This document shows, piece by piece, positions 18,716 through 27,995 of a stretch of DNA of 37,286 bases. The DNA is from a virus. Lineage: Duplodnaviria; Caudoviricetes. Numbering within the stretch: position 1 is the stretch's first letter; each line of letters begins with the position of its first letter. The stretch is taken from IMG/VR virus record IMGVR_UViG_3300011339_000690, positions 1-37,286 of that record; one strand, 5' to 3'. The notes below the pieces were generated by a model. That model worked only from the letters and a program-made list of their open reading frames with translations. It did no database searches and was not told where the DNA came from. The translations under genes were made by a program, and so were the position numbers.

Positions 18716-20149
18716 TCACGCTCCTTTTTGTTTTGCCAATCGGTATTCTTTTACGGCGTTGCGAAGCGCGGCCTGCGTGTTTGCCTTCTGATCGAGCGCC
18801 TGCGCCTGCGCCTGATCGAGCGTGTCCTGCATCAGGATGCGGTGGCAGATGACCGGCACACCCTGACCCTGACGGCGTACGCGAGCGTTAAACTGTTCGT
18901 AAAGATCCAGTGACCAGTTAAGACCAAACCACACCAGTATGTGGCCATTTTTCTGCAGCCCGTCGATGCCGTGGCCCATGCTGGCCGGGTGGCCGATCAT
19001 CAGCGGGCAAGTGCCGTCCTTCCACCGCTGCATGGCATTGATCAGGGCGCTCTCCGACTTGCACTCCGTCAGGTTGATCGGGGACAAGTGCTTGAAACGC
19101 TCCATGATCCTCTGGGCGTCGCTACGGTAGGCGTAGGAGCACAGCACGGGTGACCCCTGCGCCTCGTCCAGGATGTCCTCGAGGGCGTCCAGTTTCAGGT
19201 CATGGATCGGTTCCCACAAGGGCATGCCCGCAATCGGGTACATGGCACCGTTGCTGAACTGGAGGCACTTGTTGGTCAGCGCTGCCTGGTTGAACACCTC
19301 CACGTCTGTCCCACTGTCGAGGGTCAGGAAGAACTCCTCCTCGAGTTGTTCGTACTTGGCTCTCAACTCGTCGGGCAGTTCAATCTCGAGGTTGTTGACG
19401 ATCAAGTCAGGCAACGGGTTGTAGTCCTCTGCAGACATCTCGAGGGTGATGTCACCGATCAACTGCTTGATCCCAGTCTCGGTGTCACGGTAGGGAATGT
19501 CCTTGCGGTTGTCGGCGTCTTTCTTGTACCACTGGGTCATGAAGGCGGTCTTGAACTTGCCCAAGCGCTCCCCGCCATCGACTACCAAGTACTGCCCGTG
19601 CAGATCCTTGTACCCGTTGCTGGCGGGTGTGCCGGTCAGGCCGGTGCGCCAGATGAAGTGGTCCAGTACGTTGTCGTCCCGCCTGCCGGAGAACCACGCA
19701 TTGACCCGGTTGGTGGTACTGTTTTTCATCTTACTGACTTCGTCCCACACGACCCCGTTGAACGGGATGGGCTTGCCCTTGCTGATGAAATAGGTGTGCA
19801 GCGTTTCCGCCAGCCACTTCATGTTCTCGTAGTTGATCAGGTAGACGTGGGCTGGACGCATCAACGCCCGGATTCGCTGATCTCGAGTGCCGGTCACCAT
19901 GCTGAACTGCAGGTGCTTGGTATGCACCCACTTCTCAGCTTCCTGCCGCCACACCAGCCGGATGACCCGGATCGGGGCTACGATGACCACGCCCCGCAGG
20001 TACCCGGTGTTGATCAGGTGCGCGATGCTGGTGAGCGTGATGACCGTCTTGCCGAGGCCCATGTCCAACCAGAGCATGCTGGCCGGGTGGCTGCACTGGA
20101 ACCCAACAGCTTTCTTTTGGTAATCGTGGAGCAGTTCAGGCGATAGCAC
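18716..20149 (-). CDS. SNF2-family (SF2) helicase
   Basis: LDMGLGKT, WDEVS, LTGTP, GHGIDGLQ, QFNARVRRQGQ. Confidence 0.93.
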   Translation of the reverse strand: MLSPELLHDYQKKAVGFQCSHPASMLWLDMGLGKTVITLTSIAHLINTGYLRGVVIVAPIRVIRLVWRQEAEKWVHTKHLQFSMVTGTRDQRIRALMRPAHVYLINYENMKWLAETLHTYFISKGKPIPFNGVVWDEVSKMKNSTTNRVNAWFSGRRDDNVLDHFIWRTGLTGTPASNGYKDLHGQYLVVDGGERLGKFKTAFMTQWYKKDADNRKDIPYRDTETGIKQLIGDITLEMSAEDYNPLPDLIVNNLEIELPDELRAKYEQLEEEFFLTLDSGTDVEVFNQAALTNKCLQFSNGAMYPIAGMPLWEPIHDLKLDALEDILDEAQGSPVLCSYAYRSDAQRIMERFKHLSPINLTECKSESALINAMQRWKDGTCPLMIGHPASMGHGIDGLQKNGHILVWFGLNWSLDLYEQFNARVRRQGQGVPVICHRILMQDTLDQAQAQALDQKANTQAALRNAVKEYRLAKQKGA

Positions 20150-20432
20150 GGGACTTACCCCACATGATGTCGAGCACCAGTTTGCCCTTGGCCACGTCGT
20201 CGATTACGAACACGTTCAAGCCGTAAGATTCGATCCTTTCCTGTTCCCGAGTCTGCGGTGCCGTAGACGTTCCGCCGGGTCGCTTGAACTCAATAAAGAA
20301 CACCAGACCTTTAGGGCAAATAAACATGCGATCAGGCACACCCACTCGCCCAGGACTCGTAAACTTGTACACCAACATTCCAAGTTCTTTTGCATATTCG
20401 CACACTCGTTTTTCAATCTGTTTTTCCAGCAT
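20136..20432 (-). CDS. VRR-NUC domain nuclease
   Basis: EKQIE...GVPDR...FIEFKRPGG (PD-(D/E)xK). Confidence 0.9.
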   Translation of the reverse strand: MLEKQIEKRVCEYAKELGMLVYKFTSPGRVGVPDRMFICPKGLVFFIEFKRPGGTSTAPQTREQERIESYGLNVFVIDDVAKGKLVLDIMWGKSRAIA

Positions 20433-22258
20433 TACTGTAACCCTAACGTTAGTTTTTCCACTTCTTTGATGTAATACTCGTAGTCGATGGGCAGCGTGGC
20501 GTCATCGAGGTCATTGCAGACCTGGACGTTCCACCCTGATTCGACTGCGATCTTGCGCCACTCGGTCTTACCCTTCAGCGGTGGCATCCACTTGGTCAGC
20601 GGCTTGCCACCCTTGGCAATGTAATACCGGGTGATGTTCTGCACTTGCTGCTCGCCCCACTGCAGGTAGCTTGACCGCGGCACCTTGGTGCGAAGCATGA
20701 AGTCCATTCGGTCTGGCCAGTTCTCGACGGTCTTGCGGATCGGCGCACCCTCGACCAGTACCTTCTCGGCCACCTTGGGGATCACCAAGCCGCCAGCGTT
20801 CTGGTGCCAACTGGTGACGTACTCGTACGCACCCTTGCGCTTGACGCCACCGTCCTCCCGCACCGCGATGTAATTGTTCACGTCGCGGATCATCATGGCC
20901 TTGTAGGTGACATCCTCGAGGGTCAATCCGGTCTTCATTTCCCAGTGTGTGCGCGCATTCAACACATCGGCCACCAGTGTGCGCGGCACATTGACAGTCA
21001 GACCATCGGTGTTGATCTGGATGATCTGCAGACCGCGTATGGCCATCAACTGCTCAGCCAGCATGCACAGGAGCAACTGACCATTGAGCGTAATCTTCAT
21101 GGTGAACAGCGGGTCATAAAACACACTGAAACGATTATTAGAGTCGCCGTATACGCCGTTAAGAGCCAACTTAAGCATCGCGTTTTCAGCGGTTTTCTTT
21201 CCGTACTGTTTTCGTTGTTCATAGAGCGACTTGTAGATAGTGCAGAATGTCTCGCCCAGGTGCTGCGGGTAAAACCCATTGGCGATGGCGAGGTTGGGGT
21301 AATACGAACTGACATCGAGGTCGATGATAACCATGTCGTCGGTAGACTCGATGATGCGCGACTCGACGGAGCCGTGGATGCCTCCGGTACCGAACACAAA
21401 CTCAAACCCGTCGATGCTGGCGGTCAGGTCACTGAACACGCCCTTGGTTTCGGTAATCTCCTGCTGCTTGAGCCACTCGAGTACCCGGCGAAACTCAGGC
21501 TGATCGAACTGGACCCATGGCAGGATGGCGTCGTTCAGACGCAGCACAGGACGCAGTGTCTGCCGAGGAGTGCGGCCAGCAGGGCCAAAGTCATAACAGG
21601 CTACACCAGCTTCCTCGAGCTTCATGACAAAGTAGTCTTTGCCGATCTTGGTGTCGTTGTGGTTCATGAAGTCGCGATTGTACTTGCGCGTCAGTTCTTC
21701 ACGGAACCGGATCATCTCGAGCGTGTGCTCGTAGAACTTCTTGGTCTGCGCCACATCATGCCGGTTGTACTGGCGCAGGGTCAGGATCTGGTCCTGATCG
21801 AGGATCGTGCCAGGCTTAAACGGCAGGTCTTGAATGGTCTTGGAGCGCATGTTGAACTCGAGCGCCTTCAGACTGGTAGACCGTGCGTTGTTGTCGAAGT
21901 GGTGGATCTTGAACAGGTCGATCTGGTTGATGTACCGATCCCCTGCGTACACCTGATGCGCCCACTTGTCCTCGTCCTGCGCGTCGAACATGGCCTGCAC
22001 CTTCTGGTAGATGATGTCAGGCTGCACGCGGTTCATCTTGATCGCCATGTGCAGGATGGGATAGTCGAACGCCAGGTTGTTGAACCCGATCAGACGTCCA
22101 TTGTGCTGGCGGATGGTGTCGAGGAACTGCAGGAGAGCAGGCCCATCGTTGCGCCAAGGACTGACTTCATACAGCAGGGTGATAGGGTATTCGACGTGCT
22201 CGAACGCTGCGAGGAACACGTTGGGGTAAGTCTCGATGTCGTAAACGTAGTCATACAT
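20432..22258 (-). CDS. Family-B-type DNA polymerase with 3'-5' exonuclease
   Basis: Exo I YDIETY, Exo II GFNNLAFD, Exo III YNRHDV; pol motifs DLDVSSYYPN, KLALNGVYG, QINTDG; ATG at 22258. Confidence 0.9.
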   Translation of the reverse strand: MYDYVYDIETYPNVFLAAFEHVEYPITLLYEVSPWRNDGPALLQFLDTIRQHNGRLIGFNNLAFDYPILHMAIKMNRVQPDIIYQKVQAMFDAQDEDKWAHQVYAGDRYINQIDLFKIHHFDNNARSTSLKALEFNMRSKTIQDLPFKPGTILDQDQILTLRQYNRHDVAQTKKFYEHTLEMIRFREELTRKYNRDFMNHNDTKIGKDYFVMKLEEAGVACYDFGPAGRTPRQTLRPVLRLNDAILPWVQFDQPEFRRVLEWLKQQEITETKGVFSDLTASIDGFEFVFGTGGIHGSVESRIIESTDDMVIIDLDVSSYYPNLAIANGFYPQHLGETFCTIYKSLYEQRKQYGKKTAENAMLKLALNGVYGDSNNRFSVFYDPLFTMKITLNGQLLLCMLAEQLMAIRGLQIIQINTDGLTVNVPRTLVADVLNARTHWEMKTGLTLEDVTYKAMMIRDVNNYIAVREDGGVKRKGAYEYVTSWHQNAGGLVIPKVAEKVLVEGAPIRKTVENWPDRMDFMLRTKVPRSSYLQWGEQQVQNITRYYIAKGGKPLTKWMPPLKGKTEWRKIAVESGWNVQVCNDLDDATLPIDYEYYIKEVEKLTLGLQ

Positions 22259-22280
22259 AACAGTTACCCATAACAAAAGT

Positions 22281-22347
22281 GCCCGGTTTTTTCAGTGGGC
22301 GGGCGGCCACTACTCTCGACGGTTCAGATGGCGTCCGCGCCCGTCGA
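22281..22347 (-). ncRNA. Structured RNA leader: bulged hairpin plus H-type pseudoknot upstream of the DNA polymerase gene
   Basis: Pairings read directly: UCGACGG/CCGUCGA; S1 AGUGG/CCACU; S2 GCCCG/CGGGC; A-rich L3. Confidence 0.55.
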
Positions 22348-23001
22348 TTATTGCGTCAAGAAGGGAGGCAGACCCGGCATCGCGGCGAACGCAGGCGCTG
22401 CAGGCGCAGGAGCCGCACCGGCCACAGCACCAAACAGGCCAGAGGCATCCGTAGCCGCCTCGCCAAACGCCTTGTCGTCACCGGCGAACTGGATGGCGAC
22501 GAGGTCACAGCGAACCCCACGGCCATACTTGTTCTCCTGCAGCCATGGTTTGATCGCGGCATTGACGCGGCAACCACCGTACATCTTACGGGTCAGTTGC
22601 TGATAGGCCATCGTGTTGTTGGGGTCGATGGGCGTACCGTCAGCTTGGATGATCTGCGGGGGCGTGTCACGGCCGCAGGTGATGTAGACGTTGCCCGCGT
22701 AACCATCGTACGGCTGGAACGTTTTTTTGTTCACCTTCTCCTCGCCGCGGCCAAAACAGCGCAGCTTACGCTCCGACTGAATCATCTGCATGGACGCTTG
22801 AGAGTGTTCCTTCCACTTCTCGAGTGCCATGGCACCGTAGACCTGCATGAACTTCAGGAACGCAGGGTGGTCCTGCGGCATGAGCAGTTCGCAGTTATAG
22901 CTGATGCGCTCTTTGCCAGTGGTTTCGATGACCTGGCGCTGCGGCTCAACGAGATGCGGGAAGGACAAACGAACATTGGATACAAGGATGACTTCTGACA
23001 T
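22348..23001 (-). CDS. Single-stranded DNA-binding protein (DUF2815 / T7 gp2.5-like)
   Basis: NVRLSFPHL, MYGGCRVNA, LVAIQFAGDDKAFG; lies between DUF2800 and the polymerase. Confidence 0.88.
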   Translation of the reverse strand: MSEVILVSNVRLSFPHLVEPQRQVIETTGKERISYNCELLMPQDHPAFLKFMQVYGAMALEKWKEHSQASMQMIQSERKLRCFGRGEEKVNKKTFQPYDGYAGNVYITCGRDTPPQIIQADGTPIDPNNTMAYQQLTRKMYGGCRVNAAIKPWLQENKYGRGVRCDLVAIQFAGDDKAFGEAATDASGLFGAVAGAAPAPAAPAFAAMPGLPPFLTQ

Positions 23002-23013
23002 TGGATTTACCTC

Positions 23014-24297
23014 TTACTTTAACCACGCCGGGAGATCCGGCTCATTGTTTACCGCACCGAACATCGATGAGGCATCTGTGACCACAGCAGGACGTGAGTC
23101 CGACTCTGGTACAACGGTCAGCTTACCGGCCATCTTGGTGATGTACTCGTTCAGCCTTTCCAGTTGTTTTTTGCTGAGTTGATTCTTGGAGCCGTCACGT
23201 TTTTCCCAGCTCAACTTCTCAGCCTTGGCAGGACTGACCAGCTTAATTTCATAGATTGCCCCTTTCGGGATTCCCATGGCAACCAGCTTCTCAGCCATTT
23301 CGTCTTCATTGTGCGCCCATACACGGCTACCGCGACCATGGACCAGCTTCAACCCTTCCACCTTCTGACCGCCCTGCAGGCGGCGCATGGCCTCCTCTTC
23401 GACAGCCTCGATCAACTGGCGCAACAGAGGTGCTGCCTCGAGGATCTGGCGCAGTTGAGCACTGTCCATGGTGGCGGGGTTTTTATCGGCACTCTGCTGG
23501 ACGAGATCCAGCGGTGTCGGCGTTTCAACAGGAGCAAACATAACATTTACCTCTTTCATTACAAATTGCGCGTAGGCCGTGCATGCACCCTTGGCCCTGC
23601 AATATTTACACTGCTTCTCACCTGGGGTAAGCGGTGCGTCCGGTGCGCTCGCGTTCGCCAGTTCTGCTGCCAACGATCCAACAACATCGTCGAGGAAATA
23701 CTTTACCGGGAAGGTCACCGTGGTGATCGGTTCCAGGTTTTTCCAGACTAGCTTGGGCTGGATCACTGTCAAGTGAACGGTGTGATACGCCGTGAACAAA
23801 TTGTGCGGCACCTTGAACCCAGCCAACACCCCCACGGCGTACTGCTCCAATTGCTCTCGAGCATCAGTGGGCTGGATACCATCCTTGTAGTCGATGATCT
23901 CGATCTCCTTGGCGTACGGATCATAGATCAGCACGTCAACCGTACCACTCGCGCCCTTACGACCAATCAGGAACTCAGGGTCCACGCGGATCTCAGACTC
24001 GACTTTCATGTTGGGGGTGATGCGCTGACGCAGATAGTTGACCGCCACAGCAACCCGGTTGGCCCGTTCAGCATCGACGACGAACTTGCCCTCATGGTCC
24101 TCGAGGGTATCGCCAATGAAGTTCAACGGGCTGATCAGATGCCCCTTGACGCACAACTCGAGTAACGTGTGGGTGTGCGTACCATCGGCCGCAGCGGGGC
24201 CGGACGGCCCCTCCGGGTATTTGGCTTCCTCACGGATCGAACCGGCGCAGTGCTTGAACCGTACACGACGTGATGGGCTGAACTCATCATGCGCCAT
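23014..24297 (-). CDS. DUF2800 Cas4/RecB-like exonuclease
   Basis: HDEFSPS...C, GTHTH, GTVD, IIDYKDG, QLEQYA, CKYCRAKGAC. Confidence 0.9.
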   Translation of the reverse strand: MAHDEFSPSRRVRFKHCAGSIREEAKYPEGPSGPAAADGTHTHTLLELCVKGHLISPLNFIGDTLEDHEGKFVVDAERANRVAVAVNYLRQRITPNMKVESEIRVDPEFLIGRKGASGTVDVLIYDPYAKEIEIIDYKDGIQPTDAREQLEQYAVGVLAGFKVPHNLFTAYHTVHLTVIQPKLVWKNLEPITTVTFPVKYFLDDVVGSLAAELANASAPDAPLTPGEKQCKYCRAKGACTAYAQFVMKEVNVMFAPVETPTPLDLVQQSADKNPATMDSAQLRQILEAAPLLRQLIEAVEEEAMRRLQGGQKVEGLKLVHGRGSRVWAHNEDEMAEKLVAMGIPKGAIYEIKLVSPAKAEKLSWEKRDGSKNQLSKKQLERLNEYITKMAGKLTVVPESDSRPAVVTDASSMFGAVNNEPDLPAWLK

Positions 24298-24745
24298 TGC
24301 GGAGTGCCTCGACGCCTGCGTACAGAGCAGCGTAGTGGTCGGGGACGATCTCGTTAATGTTTACCACACCGATCGACGTGATGACCTCCTGGATGCGCGC
24401 ACCCTTGGTAGGCCCCATGGTCTTATACGCCTCGGTGACGTACTGGATCATACCCTTGGCGTCCGTAAACGGTACGGCAGGCTTGGGCGGCTCGACCGGG
24501 GCGACGAACGTGGGAGGGGGCGGCATCACAGGCGCTGTGGGTTTGAACCCGTCGGCTTCCATGGCGGCGGCAAGCTGACTGACAGCGGGCTTGATGACTC
24601 GCTCCGTCAGGTCATCTAATTGTGCCGTTTTTGTGTCCGGTGCCTCCACAGGCTGTGCTACAACTACTGGAGCGCGAGCGCCCAAGGCGGCAGTCAGGGC
24701 CGTGATGGCGGCAGTCAGCGCGTCGATCTTTTGTTCAATTGACAT
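24287..24745 (-). CDS. Hypothetical protein (N-terminal helix, Pro/Ala linker, C-terminal helical domain)
   Basis: Architecture typical of the gene preceding DUF2800; AAGGA RBS. Confidence 0.75.
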   Translation of the reverse strand: MSIEQKIDALTAAITALTAALGARAPVVVAQPVEAPDTKTAQLDDLTERVIKPAVSQLAAAMEADGFKPTAPVMPPPPTFVAPVEPPKPAVPFTDAKGMIQYVTEAYKTMGPTKGARIQEVITSIGVVNINEIVPDHYAALYAGVEALRNGA

Positions 24746-24920
24746 ATAACGATTCCTTACTGTTATCAGGTTTTTTGATTACGAGGCGGTCGTCGAGGAA
24801 TGCCTCGACCATTTCACGCAAGATGTCGGACGGCACGCCGTACCGGACCACCTTGGTCATGAAATCTTGATGCGTGTCATTGGACACACGGAAAGTGATG
24901 TACTTGTCTTTTGCTTTCAT
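24735..24920 (-). CDS. Ribbon-helix-helix DNA-binding protein
   Basis: YITFRVS strand followed by helices with SDILREMVEAFL; GGAG RBS; first gene of the operon. Confidence 0.65.
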   Translation of the reverse strand: MKAKDKYITFRVSNDTHQDFMTKVVRYGVPSDILREMVEAFLDDRLVIKKPDNSKESLYVN

Positions 24921-24940
24921 CGGTTTTCTCCGGTTGCTTT

Positions 24941-24972
24941 TTGCATAGTACCACAACTATTATACATTGCAA
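24941..24972. promoter_or_regulatory. Overlapping divergent sigma70-like promoters
   Basis: Rightward TTGCAT-N16-TACATT; leftward TTGCAA-N16-TACTAT with extended TG. Confidence 0.5.
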
Positions 24973-24996
24973 CACAACGTCAAACACGAGAACAAT

Positions 24997-27474
24997 ATGA
25001 GTCTTCAGTCAGTGCAGCAACACCCAGCGTCAGTGGACGCCTATATCAGACACGGATGGAAACTGGTGCCGATCCCACCCGGCACCAAGGGGCCAAGGGC
25101 CATCGGGTGGAACCGGGCTGAGGGGGCTATCAATAGCCAAGCCGATCTGCCACCAGGGTATGGCATCGGTCTAGCCCATGCGTACTCCGGCACCATGGCC
25201 CTCGATATAGATAACTGGGACATGGCGTTGAAGATCCTCAGCGACCAAGGCATCGACATCGCCGCGCTGTACGCGGCCCCAGACGCGGTGATTATAGATA
25301 GTGGACGCACTGGCCGTGGAAAATTGCTGTATCGCATGCCCGAGGGCTATGTGCTCCCCAGCAGAAAAGTGATCCGCGATGCAATCACCGTTTACGAAAT
25401 CCGTTGTGCGACATCAGCCAATCTGACTGTGCAAGATGTCTTACCTCCCTCGATCCATCCTGACACTCAGCAGCCCTACCGCTGGGCAGGCCTCGGCCAC
25501 TGGACCCGCCTACCGCTGATCCCCGAGGCTCTGCTGGCCCTGTGGGAAGCCCAACTGGCCGAGGAGAAGCGCAGCATCATCCCAGTGAAGGATACGTTCA
25601 ACGCCTCATGGGAAGAGATCCAGCAGGCCATCGAGTCCGTCGACCCGAACTGCGGCTATCAGGAGTGGATCACCGTGGGCATGGCCCTGCACTGGGCAGG
25701 CTCGCACACCAGTAACCTCGACCAAGCGTTGGCACTGTGGAACGAGTGGTCGCAGGGCAGTGACAAGTACCCCGGCGAGAAGGGCATCTACAGCCATTGG
25801 GTGTCGTTCAAGCCAGACAAGGCCAACTCGGTCAAGCTGGGCAGCCTTTTCCACATCGCCAAGCGCTACGGCTGGACACGCCCTGACCCGGATGTGAGCC
25901 ACCTGTTCGCCGCAGTCAACACCGAGCACCCTGACCAATTGCTCAAGTCCTGGCGTCCACCCATGCCCTCGATGGACTTCTCCTTGTGGCCCTCGGTGCT
26001 CGGCACTCGAGCACTGCAGGTGAGCGAGTCAGTGGGCTGCGATCCCATGGTGCCGCTGTGGGCGGGCCTGTCGGCCATCTGTGGCGTTGTCGATGCGCGG
26101 ATCAGACTCGAGTTGATGGCAGGCTTCAAGGTGCCTCCTGTGTTGTGGCTCATGACCGTGGGCGACCCTGCTGACAAGAAGTCACCCGGCTCGCGTCCTA
26201 TGATGACGGTGTTGAAGGAGATCGAACTCGAGGACCGTCCCCGCTTCGCCAAGGCCATGCTCGAGTGGGAAGGCAAGGAGGCAGCGTACGGCTCGGCCAA
26301 GAAGGAGTTCCTCAACTGGTCTGCCTCGCCTGAAGCGTTAATGTCTGACCAAGCACCCATGGTGCCAGACCTGCCGCCTGCTCCCGTGCCAGTCAAGATC
26401 ACCGTGTCGGACATCACCAGCCAGAAGCTCGTCCGTCACGCGGCAGAGCGCCCCAGGGGGCTTTTGTGCTACCTCGATGAGATGAACTCTTGGGTACGCA
26501 AGATGTGCGACCGCAACAGCGGCGAGGACCGCTCGGCGTGGGTGGTGTCGTACGAGTCGGAGCGCTACGAGATGGACCGGGTCGGCAGTGGCTCGATCCA
26601 TGCTGACAACCTGGCGGTGTCGGTGTATGGGAACATCCAGCCCACCGTGTTCCATGCCAACGTGGCAGCGCTGGCGGCTGATGGTCTGCTGCAGCGCTTC
26701 CTGCCCGCGGTGCTGAACCCATCGTGTACCAAGCGTGGTGAGCCGATCCCGGAGGAGATGACTAACCAGAAGGATTGGGAGAACCTGGTGCGGCTGGTGT
26801 ACTCCCTGCCGGTGCAGACCTACCGGCTGTCGTTCCCGGCGTTCATGGCCTACCGGGAGTTCCAGTCCTGGTACGAGGAGGCCAAGGCCCGCGAGCGCCT
26901 GCTGGATACGGGTGAGGTGTTCATGACGGCGTTTGGCAAGCTGGAGGGGACCGCAGGCCGGTTGATCCTGCTGTTCCATACCATGGAGGCACCGTTCGCG
27001 CCCGAGGTCAGCCTGTCCATCGTGGAGCGGGTGATCCAGATCGTGAAGGAGTACTTGGTGCCTGCCTATCGGTACACGTTTGGCGAGGTCAGTAAATCTC
27101 TGACGTTCGACCGCTGGGTGGCCGACTATATTATTCAGTATGCCGACCGGGCAACGGTGACGCTCTCGGAGATCAAGCGCAGTGGTCGCAGGCCACTCGA
27201 GGGTGTCACCGGGTGGACGGCAGACCAGTGGGTGCTCAACGCGATGTACAACCTGGAGCAGGTCCACTGGGTGGCACGGATCGACGATGGCACGCAGGAG
27301 CATCGCTCCATGGCCCAGTGGGCGATCAACCCGCGCATCCTGGAGGAGTTCAAGGACTACCGCCGCAAGGTGATCAAGGCCAAGCAGGCCATGGTGGACG
27401 AGATCTATAACAAACAACCGGCCAACAGGCCGCGACCATTGGCACACGGTGCAGGAGAGTTGAACGATGAGTAG
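24997..27474 (+). CDS. Primase-helicase: Prim-Pol (AEP) + PriCT_2 + DUF3987-like ATPase
   Basis: GIGL...ALDID, VLPPSIHPDT..PYRW, EWITVGMALH...WNEWS, GDPADKKS, YLDEM, DGLLQRF. Confidence 0.88.
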   Translation: MSLQSVQQHPASVDAYIRHGWKLVPIPPGTKGPRAIGWNRAEGAINSQADLPPGYGIGLAHAYSGTMALDIDNWDMALKILSDQGIDIAALYAAPDAVIIDSGRTGRGKLLYRMPEGYVLPSRKVIRDAITVYEIRCATSANLTVQDVLPPSIHPDTQQPYRWAGLGHWTRLPLIPEALLALWEAQLAEEKRSIIPVKDTFNASWEEIQQAIESVDPNCGYQEWITVGMALHWAGSHTSNLDQALALWNEWSQGSDKYPGEKGIYSHWVSFKPDKANSVKLGSLFHIAKRYGWTRPDPDVSHLFAAVNTEHPDQLLKSWRPPMPSMDFSLWPSVLGTRALQVSESVGCDPMVPLWAGLSAICGVVDARIRLELMAGFKVPPVLWLMTVGDPADKKSPGSRPMMTVLKEIELEDRPRFAKAMLEWEGKEAAYGSAKKEFLNWSASPEALMSDQAPMVPDLPPAPVPVKITVSDITSQKLVRHAAERPRGLLCYLDEMNSWVRKMCDRNSGEDRSAWVVSYESERYEMDRVGSGSIHADNLAVSVYGNIQPTVFHANVAALAADGLLQRFLPAVLNPSCTKRGEPIPEEMTNQKDWENLVRLVYSLPVQTYRLSFPAFMAYREFQSWYEEAKARERLLDTGEVFMTAFGKLEGTAGRLILLFHTMEAPFAPEVSLSIVERVIQIVKEYLVPAYRYTFGEVSKSLTFDRWVADYIIQYADRATVTLSEIKRSGRRPLEGVTGWTADQWVLNAMYNLEQVHWVARIDDGTQEHRSMAQWAINPRILEEFKDYRRKVIKAKQAMVDEIYNKQPANRPRPLAHGAGELNDE

Positions 27475-27661
27475 TTGGGATGGCGCACGGTTTCAATACG
27501 GCGAGAAGATAATGTCCACGCATACCTCCGTCACCAAAAAGGAACGCGAGAGGGCTGAGATCGAGATGTTGACGGCGCAGTATCTCCTGACCAAGAAGAT
27601 CCAAGAGATTCCCTACGGCGTCAGGACAGACAATCCCAAACCTGACTTTTCTCAAAATTGA
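27467..27661 (+). CDS. Small protein, possibly with a SutA-like RNA-polymerase-binding domain
   Basis: KERERAEIEMLTAQYL..KKIQEIPYG pattern; AGGAG RBS. Confidence 0.5.
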   Translation: MSSWDGARFQYGEKIMSTHTSVTKKERERAEIEMLTAQYLLTKKIQEIPYGVRTDNPKPDFSQN

Positions 27662-27947
27662 AATGGATTCAAAAAATCCTGGAAAAATTGCCCGTAAAAT
27701 TGACTGATTTACCGAACCCATTTTGAAAACGCTGTTTTTTGGCCCGAAATGACCGCAGGTCACTGACTGGCGGTCAGATAGCCCTAGGCGTGCGTGCCTC
27801 GATAGACCCGAAACACGGGTCTAGCGCGCCATGGGTGGCTCTGTGAGAGGCGTTGTCGAGATACCCTGTAGGGGTGTACTGTGTCACATTGTGATACGCT
27901 CCTGAGCCATTCTATGGGCTCTGTGGTTTATGGTCCGTGAATCGCAG

Positions 27948-27981
27948 AAACGACAAAGGGCGCCATGGGGCGCCCTTGTTT
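27948..27981. terminator. Probably bidirectional intrinsic terminator at the convergence point
   Basis: AAGGGCGCC-ATGG-GGCGCCCTT stem with A/T-rich flanks. Confidence 0.75.
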
Positions 27982-27995
27982 ATCCTGGTAGTCTG

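Noticed and set aside
22281-22311. preQ1-I riboswitch or self-cleaving ribozyme
   Set aside because: Pseudoknot topology fits, but the preQ1 loop nucleotides and the hammerhead/HDV core motifs are absent
18300-27200. Frequent CTCGAG/TCGA sites in the replication arm
   Set aside because: Plausibly explained by Leu-Glu and Ile-Glu/Asp codon pairs in GC3-rich genes; cannot be tested by eye
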